A DNA stretch of 64,000 nt, taken from NCBI RefSeq assembly GCF_009914755.1, contig NC_060925.1. One strand, 5' to 3'. Below, one piece after another: positions 53,385-64,000 of the stretch. The position numbers were made by a program, and so were the translations under genes. Numbering within the stretch: the stretch's first letter is position 1; each line of letters opens with the position of its first letter. The DNA comes from the human T2T-CHM13v2.0 reference genome, Homo sapiens. The notes under the pieces are model-generated. The model was given only the letters and a program-made list of their open reading frames with translations. It was not told where the DNA came from and made no database searches.

Positions 53385-53885
53385 TCTGCTGCTCCTCTGC
53401 TCAAGTCCTTGAATCCTTATCAGTGACACAGCATTGGCCTGGACCCCTGTTGGCCAGCTCTGCACCCTCTGTTCCCCCGTGCTCCAGCCAGCGATCTGAC
53501 TGATGGGGCAGGCAGGCTCGGGAGGGCTGACAGGCTTTGCGGTGGAACACATTTAAAAAATGCCTGCAAACGAGCGAAAGAGGCGTAGGAGTAAGCGTCC
53601 GGCGCAAGACCACAGCACGTCTCATATGCGGCTGTATCGGCACGCAGCGATGAGATGTGTAAGAACTAACACGAAGCTGCGTTCCTCCCAGTCACGCGCA
53701 GGATTGGATTCCTTTTCACAGTCAGCCTCCGGTACCTTCGACCCAGGACGAGACCCTCAGTAGTAAAGCCCTTAACAGGTGCTTGTGGACTGCGCATGTG
53801 GGATGCTGAGGTGCTGCGGGCGAGGCTGAGTCTGTGAGGTGAGGAGCTCCATCTTCACCTGGGTAGGAAAGGGAGCCTGGAGCAA

Positions 53886-54120
53886 TACGAGGAGTGGCGC
53901 GGGCAGGACAGCAGCCCAGGAGAGTACGAGGAGTGGCAGGGGCAGGACCAGCAGCCCAGGAGCGTACGAGGAGTGGCAGGGGCAGGACAGCAGCCCAGGA
54001 GAGTACGAGGAGTGGCAGGGGCAGGACAGCAGCCCAGGAGCGTACGAGGAGTGGCAGGGGCAGGACAGCAGCCCAGGAGCGTACGAGGAGTGGCAGGGGC
54101 AGGACAGCAGCCCAGGAGAG
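53886..54120. repeat. 39-bp G-rich minisatellite (VNTR), 6 copies
   Basis: TACGAGGAGTGGCAGGGGCAGGACAGCAGCCCAGGAG[A/C]G at 53886, 53925 (+1 C), 53965, 54004, 54043, 54082. Confidence 0.97.
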
Positions 54121-55009
54121 TGAGACCCTTGTGGGCCCAGTGCTTCTCAGAGGACATGGCCATGCATGTGTGGAGCAGGGCAGTCTGTGGGACCACCTGA
54201 GGGTTTGACTGGGACTAGCGCAGACCTCATTCCAGCCCAGGTAGGTCGGCATGGGGTCGCAGACAGGTGACTTGTTCTGTCTGCGGAATAATCAGCTGTA
54301 AGCTTCTCATTTTTACTGAATCAGGGGTTTCAAGGCTGGTAAGGTCAAACAATTCCTTCTTTGGTTTCAAAGACCACATCTAAGAGAAGTCTATCTTCTG
54401 GAAAGAAATTTCCTCAAAAATATTTTCATAACCTTATTTAATAAGCAAACTTTTCGCAGCCCTTTTTAGGATAATGCTCTCTTTCTTTTCTCATGTTATT
54501 TAAATACCTTTCTCATGTTATTTAAATGTATGTTTTATTTTCCTGTCATCTTTGGTGATGAAGCTAGTTTCTGCCTCCTCATGTAAAATGTTATATCTTT
54601 GAAGTATTTTCCGTCAGCTGCTTCTGCTTAGCCAAGTCCACTTTCCCGAGATTCTCATATATTTTTATTTTCTAAAGCTGTTTAATTTCCAGAACTATTT
54701 TTAAAGATTTTTAAAAAGATGATAAAAGCACAAGATGATGTATGGATGACATGTCATATTTTTAGGAAGGCAATATATTCAGACGTTTTGTTGGTTGTTT
54801 TGTGGCTGTTTCTCTCTAACCTCTGACTCATACCCTACTCTGTGTACCTCTCGCCATGTCCCTGTTTGCGTGGGGTTGGGCTGGGACGCGTGTGCCCTCT
54901 GCAAACCTTGTTCTCCATGGATTTTCCTGCCTTTGCCTCTGGGGGTAGCTTCAAACCTAGCAATTCTATATAGTACAGAAATAACCAATTTTAGTAATGG
55001 TTCTTTAGC

Positions 55010-55232
55010 TTAGCGTTTTCCAAATTATGGGTTGTGACCCATCATTAGGTGGTGAAGCCAGTTTCGAGAGATACCTAAAACAAAAATAGAATAGATCTGT
55101 TCCTCGCATATAGTGAGGGTAAGTTTGGTATTGTGAGACTTTTGTATCAGTTGGGTGTGTATGTTTGCATTGTGACACCTGGGTCACAGTGTTAAAAGTG
55201 TGTCATTGTCAAGCAAACTTGAAAGCCCCTGT
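55010..55232. mobile_element. hAT-Charlie-type non-autonomous DNA transposon (family uncertain)
   Basis: ttttccaaattatgggttgtgacccatc...ctgggtcacagtgttaaaa...aaacttgaaagcccctg. Confidence 0.55.
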
Positions 55233-55568
55233 AGTATTCCAGTACTGCTAAGCTTTTATGAAAGAAATACTGTTGATAGTCTGTCTCTAGTAAAACAGCT
55301 GTGTGTCTCAGGGAGATTGCCACAAGACAAGGCAGGGCCCACACCAGGGTCCTGTTGAAGACGCTCCTGTGTCAAAGGAGGCGGCAGGGCAGGGTACCGC
55401 TCAGTAGGCTCATGTAGTCTTTGGGTGCTGAAGAAAGATGATATTTTTGTGAAGTTTCAAGGGCTTCTCCAAGTTCATTTTTACTCATGATTCAAATCTC
55501 AGTTCAGATATTCTTTCTGCAGGGAAGCCGCCCCTGGTTTCCCAGTCTAGATAAGATTGCTCCATTAG

Positions 55569-55951
<383 letters not shown>

Positions 55952-57299
55952 TAGTACAGTCATTTGATTCTTGTCTGTCTCCCTCTACCTCCTAGAACAT
56001 GAAGTCCACAGCATGGGTCACGGGCCTGTGTGTGCTTATTCTCCCTGCAGGATCTAGCATGACACCTCATGTGGAGTCACCTAGTATGCACCGCAGGCCA
56101 GGGTCTGAGCTGCCCTGTGAATGACTGGCATTAGACATCTTGCAAACCCTGTGCTGTGATGGTCTTATTCCAGAAGGGCTGTGGGGGTGTGAGAGCACAA
56201 AGAGATGTATGGGTGGAAATGGGATTGAAGCTTCTAGAGCTGTGCAGAGGCCTTATCCCATGGCCACTGCTCTCCTTGCACACAGGCCCACACCAACCAG
56301 AGTCCTCAGACTTTGCTGTCCCCAGCACGCCGGTGAGAAGCAAGTAGGCTGTAAGCAGAGTTACATGGTAGGATGAAACCTCTCTCGGGTGGTGGTCTCT
56401 TCTCTGGCTGCGCATGGGACTCCGTCATGGTTCTTTATTCCATAGTTCAAAGTTCCGTGGTGCAGGGTATTCAGGACATTAAATACGTTTGTTAGAACCA
56501 GCTCATTGGAATTCTGCCGTAGGTGCTGCTGGTTTAGATTTTAACAAAAGCTTCAAAGCCTCTTTTGTATTAGTCCGTGAAAGGATAAACTCACTGGTGA
56601 GGAGTAGAAGCTGCTCGCTCTTGAGCGCAGGTAGGTGTTATTTTTCTTCTCATCCTTGAAAATATATGAGGGTGAAGGCAGGAAGATGAGGAGAGAGTGG
56701 AGGATCAGTAAGTATTTTTAGGATGGTCTTTGCACGGAAAACATGTTTCCAGTAACATGTTTTGGAAACATTTTATTTGCGGCATAAGAAGATGCTGACA
56801 CCTTGGCCGGCTCCCACAGGCAGCTGTTTATTGGGGCCGTGGTATCATCGCTGTAGCCAGGCTCGTGGGTTTTGGAACTGATTTTCGATTTGAGAGGCCA
56901 GACTTCTGTGACACCCCCCAAGCATCATTTCCACGGCAACCAGCTGTGATGAGATGGGGGTTCTGACCTCGCAGGACCATTGCAACAAGAAGCAGATGAG
57001 CTTTTAGATAGAAAATTTACTCTTCTGTCTTGAACAAATTACATGTAACTGATTCTCAGTTTCCTCATCTCTGAAATAGAGAAAGGAACACAATGGCCCT
57101 TCAATTGTGTAATGAGGGATTTCTGTTGGGAAAGTAGATATGGAGGTACACATGCTATTATCATACCGTGTTTTCAAGGTCAACTGCACGACCCAAGGGT
57201 TGACACGCTGCAAAAGAGCTGTCTCCCCCTTGCTGCCCTGTTTCGTGTAGCTGCCGGCAGCCCTGCCTTCCCCTCTCCAACCTTGGCTCTGACGGCCAG

Positions 57300-57560
57300 G
57301 CTCTTGCTTGCTCCTTAGTCACACTGGCCTCCTGGCTGGTTCCTGAATGGGCATGCTCATGTCGACACTAGGACCTTTGCACTGCGGTGCCCTATTCTCC
57401 CGGAGAGTTGCATGCCCACACCCTGCCTTTGTTCAGTTATCTGCTCAAAATCATCTTGCTAGGCCTTACCAGACCACCCCATAAAGAACAGGAACCCTGT
57501 ACTCCCTGCCCCCATAACAGCCTTATGTTTCTTCATGGCAGTTCCAACCACTGGAAATTG
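57300..57560 (+). mobile_element. L2 fragment
   Basis: cacactggcctcctggctggttcctgaa...ggacctttgcactgc. Confidence 0.6.
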
Positions 57561-58637
57561 TATGAGTTTCATGTGAGCAGGGTTGTTGGTGGTGTTTATT
57601 ATTATTTTTTAGTTTGTCATATCTATGAAGTGGAACATTGTAGGCCATTAAGTCCTCGTGAAGAACCTTTTGTTATTCTATTTACTTATTTTGTAGGAAA
57701 CTTAATTTCAAACAATGAATAGCGTATCCGAGATCATATAGGTGGCAAATGGCGAATGGTGCTTGATTGAAACCCAGGTTGACACAGAATCATAAATGTT
57801 CTCCTTGCTTCAAGTCTGCCTCTCCTTCCACCTGTCTTCTGCTGTTTGAGCATCCTGCCTTTGTGCATTTCTCTGGCTCTGCCTTTATTACACCTGGGCT
57901 CATCCTGACTTCACTCGCCTAGCAGTGCTCTCCTCTCAATGCTCCTTGGTCGCCAACACTGCCTCTGCCCTAGGGTAGAGCTCCTCAGTGCAGTGGTGTG
58001 TTCTTGGAGAACCTTGTGCCTGGCATTCTAGGGTTCAGGCCAATGCCAGGGGACAGGCAGGCTGCCTTGGCTTCCTTTCTTCCAGGAAGAGAACAGGTAT
58101 GATGTGTGTGTTAGGAATGGCCAGGCCCCTGCTGTGCATATGAGGACACCTCTGAGAGCCACATCCTTCACTTTCTCCCCGTGGGGTCAGGCATACTAAC
58201 AGCTGCAAAAAGGACCCCTTGACAAGGTCTCACCAAAGGGTATTTTGATATCCTGTTCTTTAGGGGTTATTTTTTGTATAAACATTTATTTTTGTGTTAC
58301 CTGATGTTACATGATGGAATACCTTATGTGCAGTTTATACATGATCTTCTTCACCCTACCTGAGATAATGTCAACATTATAATCCCTGGAAAGGTGGGAC
58401 AAGCTGAGAACATCTCCTTTTATAGAAAACATGAATGATGCCACAGTTACAGGTACTTTGATCTTACTTTGTTCACTGGACAGATGCCTGTACACCAGGC
58501 CTTTAACTTTCATGCTGTAAATGGCAAACCTGCAGTTTCCTATTCTCTGGGTTGTAGACAGGATGATGCTTGCTTGTGCTGTTTTCAGCTAGTTTGTTGT
58601 TTAAAATGGCCACTATATAAAGAAGCCATGGATGTGA

Positions 58638-58880
<243 letters not shown>

Positions 58881-59414
58881 TAAGTACCCCACTAAGCACC
58901 TGCTGCAGCTTCATTTGCTTTCACACAAACCAGTACGTCGCTTTCACCTGTGACACTAGAACTTCTCCATTACTCTGGGAAATTGAATGTGTGTTGTAAA
59001 ACTAGGAAAAATCCTGAGGTATATGGCAATGGAACTTCATCCATAGGCAGTGGAAGGATGGTTCTAGATTCAGCTCTAGTCTTTAGGTGCCCTGTGGCAG
59101 TGTGCAGAGGCTGTGGGTTTCTGGCCAGAGCGTGGAAGTCAGAAAGAGAGTTGTGTGACTGGCTTTATATTTAGTGATCACTTGTTATTTTTATGATCCA
59201 TTCACAAAAATGCAAAATTTGTCATTGTTCCCAACCTTGGAGGAAGAAAATCTAAATTCCTGCTTATTGTGACAGCTTATATTGGAAATGTTCTAAAGAT
59301 TAGAAAGGAGAAATGAACTACCCAGCACAATAGATGTTAAATTGAGCAGAAACACAGGAGGGACAGGTGCCACATCTCCACACCCTGTACTAAAGGAAGG
59401 GCTCTTGTCCACAT

Positions 59415-59730
59415 CTTTCTTTCTATTTTTAGAGATAGGGTCTCCCTCTATCACCCAGGTTGGAATGCAGTGGTGCGATCATAGCTCACTGTAACCTCAA
59501 ACTCTTGGGCTCAAGCAATCCTCCCATCTCAGCCTCCTGAGTAGCTAGGACTACAGGCATTCACCACTACATCCAGATAATATTTATTTAAAATTTTTTA
59601 TTTTTATTTTTTGGTAGAGGTGAAGTCTCTCCATTTGCTCAGGCTGGTTTTGAACTCCTGGCCTTAAGTGATCCTCCCGCCTTAGCCTCCCAAAGTGCTG
59701 GAATCACAAACATGAACCACTGCTCTCCTG
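59415..59730 (-). mobile_element. Alu (AluJ-like)
   Basis: Full dimer. Confidence 0.92.
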
Positions 59731-59739
59731 ACCTCCTTC

Positions 59740-60056
59740 TTTTTCTTTTTCTTTTTCTTTTTTTTTTTGGAGACTGAGTCTTGCTCTGTTGCCTAGGCTG
59801 GAATATAGTGATGTGATCTTGGCTCACTGCAACCTCTACTCCTCTACTTCCCAGGTTCAAGCAATTTGTGGCTCAGCCTCCCGAGTATCTGGAATTACAG
59901 CTGCCTGCCACCACACCTGACTAATTTTTGTATTTTTAGTAGAGATGGGATTTCACCATGTTGGCCAGGCTGGTCTCAAACTCCAGACCTCAAGTGATCC
60001 GCCCGCCTCGGCCTCCCAAAGTGCTGGGATTACAGGCATGCTCCACCTTGCCCACC
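59740..60056 (-). mobile_element. AluS, tandem with the previous copy
   Basis: (CTTTTT)n tail, full dimer. Confidence 0.93.
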
Positions 60057-62321
60057 CCTTTTTATTCTTCAAAGATCTTGAGAGTGGAGGGTACTTTGGG
60101 GTCTATGAAGCTCAGCTCAGGAGGTTGGTAGGCATTTTAAAAAGAGTATTTGTCACCACTTATCAGGAAAGTGATATGCATAACCCTCATTGTTATCCCA
60201 TACCTGTAAGTTTGCTGATAAGAACCTTGATTGGGAGGTCTTTCACATTGGAATTCTCAGTGAATTAGTCTTGTTTCAGATTATTAAAAAATAAGGAGCT
60301 GCATTTTGAAGGCAGCTGTTTTCCTGGGTGCTTGGTATATCTTCCTGCTAAGTTAGAGTCATTCATTCATCAGTGAATGGAATATAGATTACACATCTAC
60401 CATATGTCAGACTCTGTGCTCGGATCCTAGCATTTCACCCAGAAAAATCTGGTCCCATTCCAGCTGCTAGGGGTGGCAGGTGCACCAGGAAGTGAGGTCG
60501 TGTAGCTCCATGGGTTGGGCAGTCTACTTTGCATGAATACTTTTGAGGCACTCAGGAGGGTGGGAGGGTCAGGACAGGTCCCAAGAGCGGTGAATTGGGT
60601 GGGGACACCCAGGAAGAAGGAAGTGCAGAAGCCCTGCCAGGAAAGCATGGGGCTCCCAGAGAGCCAGCAAGTGTCTAATTTCACGGGCTGGAGTTTCAGG
60701 GATTGATGGGGGAGGGAGAGCTGGAGAGAGACAAATGGCCAGTGAAACTACATTCACACACACTGCATACAGTGAAAGAAGATTTTTCTCTCTTACTCTC
60801 AAGGACTTTATGGACAGTGTAGGTGCCAGTTAACTGCCAGGAGCTTCCTTTCTTAACAGCTTTCTTTGGGTTCTAGTCAGCTCTGTTCACCTATTCCAGC
60901 TCATATTTAAGAAATATGTAGCTTTACAGTTTTTTTAGGGCCATGGAAAAGTGTGTGTGTGTGTTTGTGTGTTAATATCTGATACATATGAGTATATGTA
61001 AACATACATATCTTATATAATAGTAAGAATCTCATCATTTTCCTAACTCCACTCCAAAAGATTGTCTTTGATTAATGTTTCCTGTCATCCATTAATTTCT
61101 TTTCTAAAGCCAGCTCTACTCAGTCCTTATGCTGTCCTGGTTAAAGTCAGCTTGACTAACTGTTTAGTACTGTATCTAAAATAAGGGGTGACAACCTGGG
61201 GTCCAAGGACCTCCAGGGAGCCATGCATGGGCTTTGGGATGTTGTGAAAGTGTTGAGGCCGAAGCTGTGTGCAAGATCGCAAGTGTATATGTAGGTGCGT
61301 TTCTGGGGACAGGGTCCTTCACTTTTTCCAGAGGGTCCCAGGTGTGTACTTCCCCACCACCAGCCCATCCCCAGGCTAACCAGGCCAAGCAGCCCATGCC
61401 AGGTGCTTCTCCGGCCCCCACCCACGTAATCCACACAACCCTTTAAGATAGGCTTGAAGCTTATCTTCATACACAGAGAGGAAACGGAGGTGCCCGGAAT
61501 GTTGATAACTTGCCCAGTGATTAAGAGCTACTGACTGAAGACCAGAAAGCGTCCGTGTAGCTTTTAAGAAGGGCTTGGCCTAAACTCAGGGGAATAAAGT
61601 CTAGCAGAATCTAGTGCAGAAATCTTCCCTGATGACTTCAGTCGACTGCTTGGCATGACATCTCCATGAGATGGTCTGAATTTCTTTTCACCATGTGGGT
61701 TAAGAGCTAGTTTTCCCACAAGATTTTATCTTTACATACTTAACTTACCCTGTGAGCTGAGAGAAGAATGGTGTTCTTTCTCATGGCTCATCAGCATGTG
61801 GGCTGGCTTTCTCATCTGCCTCCCTTGCAAGTCCCTACAAAGTCCCCAAAACTATATGTACGTATATTTTTTTTCAAAGTTTTTGAAATATGAGTTTGTC
61901 CAAACAGATGTTTGAATATTCATCCCACAGTGTGGGATGCATTTTAGGTGGGTTTAATTTTAGTTCCAGCCAGTGTGTCATGTTCATTTGCATGTGTTAA
62001 AGGGGCAGCTGGGATGCCTTCCACATTTGTTGGATTTGGGCTAAATTAAAGTCTATCCATAGTCAATTGGATGCCTAGAGCTGAGCCGATTTAATGTCTC
62101 AAAGTGTAAGCTCTAGAATTACCATTCTTGTTGAATGTCAGGTTAAGAAGATTGGGTTACCTCTTTGAATTTCTCTCCCAATATATCTAATGGGGAGCTA
62201 TTTCAGAATTTGACCTTTCTGTATAAAATGTTTTTTGTCTCTGCAGTATCTACCTTCGTGTTGATCAATAGAAATTCTTGCACAGTAGAATTCAGTCTTT
62301 AGTTTTGATAAATCTGAAAGC

Positions 62322-62790
62322 AGTACAGGTGGAGGGTAATTAAGAATGAGGTGTTTGGAGTCCTACAGACCTGGGTTGAAAATCTCAGACCCTCCAGTTC
62401 TTAATTCTGTGACCTTTATCATCTATAAGATGATAGAACATTACTCCATCTGTAACCTATGAAGATTAAGCAACATGTTTACATGGGCTGGTTGCCCCTC
62501 CCCTGAGCCACCTCAGTGAGGTATCCCTTGACCATCTTCCCTAGGAGTTCAACCCCCTGACCCCCACTCCAAAACTTCCCGTCCCCCTTTCCTGCTTGAT
62601 TTTTCTCCACAGTTCCTCTCACCACCCACACACTGTGTATTTTACTTATTTTTTTCTTCCGAATAGTGAGTTATTGTATCCAGGGTTGTTATTCAGACAC
62701 CTCCGGGCACTCAGTAAATTCAATAAGTATTTGCTGAGTGAGTGAATTGTTTAGCAGAGTGCCTGGCATATATTGAGTGCCCAATAAATC
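62322..62790 (+). mobile_element. MIR/L2 fragments
   Basis: cagacctgggttgaaaatctc...catctataagatg; aataagtatttgctgagtgagtgaat; gtgcctggcatatattgagtgcccaataaat. Confidence 0.6.
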
Positions 62791-63179
62791 ATGCAAGATA
62801 TGAAGAATCATAAAAGAATACAGGAGAAGGAAAGGGGGATATTTAAGTATAAAGGTCCTGTGAACTCAAGATGGGCCACACACAAATAACCTCATTGTGT
62901 TTGTGTTCTCCCAGGACTGGAAAACTGCGATTATAATCCACCCCTTATTACCCTGAAGGATAGATACAAGGAATAAGGCTTCAGAGCCTCCCAAACAAAC
63001 AGACAAACAAAAAACTCTGGGCTATGCTTTATTTACCTTTCTAGATGTATATATTGTACCAAGAAGAAATATTTACATGGAATCAGGAAGCACACAAAAG
63101 CCAGCTGTGAGTGAAATACTAAATACTATGTATAAGATATATTAGGTCCTCTTAGATATTAGAAAGATGATAGCCCATC

Positions 63180-63470
63180 TTATTTTTTTTTTCTTTTCTT
63201 TCTGCAAGGTCTCACTCTGTCACCCAGGCTGCAGTGGTACAATTTCGGCTCACTGTAGCCTTTCCCTCTTGGGCTCAAGTGATTCTCCTGCCCCAGCCTC
63301 CTGAGTAGCTGGGACCGTGGGTGCGCATCATGACGCTAGGCTAAGTTTTTGTAGAGATGGGGTCTTACTGTGTTGCCCAGGCTGGTCTCAAACTCCTGGC
63401 CTCAAGCAATTCTCCCGCCTTGGCCTCCCAAAATGCTGAGATAGTAAGTGTGAGCCACGGCATTCAGCCC
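63180..63470 (-). mobile_element. Alu (AluJ-like)
   Basis: Dimer with small internal deletions. Confidence 0.9.
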
Positions 63471-63494
63471 CATCCTAGTTTTGAAAGCACCATT

Positions 63495-63626
63495 TCTTTT
63501 CTTTTTATTTTTAAATTGATATATCATAGTTGTTATCTATCTTGGCGGTACATGTGAGATTTTGATACCTGTCTACAATGTGTAATGATCAAGTCAGGGT
63601 AATTGGGATATCCCTCACCTCTAACA
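63495..63626 (-). mobile_element. L1MA-like 3' end fragment
   Basis: gtacatgtgagattttgatac...acaatgtgtaatgatcaagtcagggtaattgggatatccctcacctc. Confidence 0.8.
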
Positions 63627-64000
63627 GTGATCTCTGCATGGTTTCTCAATTTAAAAAAATAATCTTCTTGCTTGGAAATTTCAAATAAATTATCAAGACT
63701 TAAAAGCAAATTAAACCAATGGGAATTCTGAAGTTTCTTTTTTGTAGTAAGTGTTTGTTTTTTCTCTCTCTCTCTGCGTTGGGAAGCTGTTCTTACTGTC
63801 CAGGCAGAAGGTAATGGAAAGTAGCATTGGTGGTGGTGAGAAGTGGTCTGGTGGGCTATATTCTGAAGGTGGGGCCAACAGGATGTGCTAATGGACTGGA
63901 GGGGGGTATGGCTTGGAAGAGGGTGCCAAGGATTGTGGCTGGCACAAGGGAAGACCTGCAGTCTCCTCAGCTGAGATATAGGGAGGCTGTGAGTGGAGCA

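Noticed and set aside
53886-54120. CRISPR-like appearance of the direct repeats
   Set aside because: Units are contiguous with no unique spacers; mammalian intron with no cas genes.
53722-54252. 176-aa and overlapping repetitive ORFs (SWAAVLPLPLLVR / YEEWQGQDSSPG repeats)
   Set aside because: Artefact of a stop-poor 39-bp (multiple of 3) VNTR.

Overview
Human (or near-identical great-ape) genomic DNA from inside the GALNT2 gene (polypeptide N-acetylgalactosaminyltransferase 2, + strand). The window holds the 3' ~33.8 kb of intron 1, coding exon 2 (33807-33900), intron 2, coding exon 3 (58726-58879) and the start of intron 3. Only 248 bp are confidently coding. Nearly all ORFs in the supplied track are chance, Alu-, L1- or tandem-repeat-derived. 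The rest is repeat-rich: 15 Alu elements (13 antisense), several solo LTRs, a long ancient L1MC-type element, MIR/L2 fragments, microsatellites and a 39-bp VNTR. The ~14.4-17.0 kb region matches, from recall, the known hepatic enhancer carrying the HDL-C/triglyceride GWAS variants. I see no convincing evidence of a new multi-gene biological system. The best leads are: an LTR-derived cryptic cassette exon in intron 2 with two donors (47-nt frameshifting versus 69-nt in-frame, +23 aa in the stem); a candidate poison exon and recursive-splice-like sites; a CpG-rich patch next to the VNTR; a tandem cluster of forkhead-type motifs; and a closely spaced inverted Alu pair. Repeat subfamily names, SNP placements and residue numbers are from memory and need RepeatMasker/dbSNP/RefSeq confirmation.
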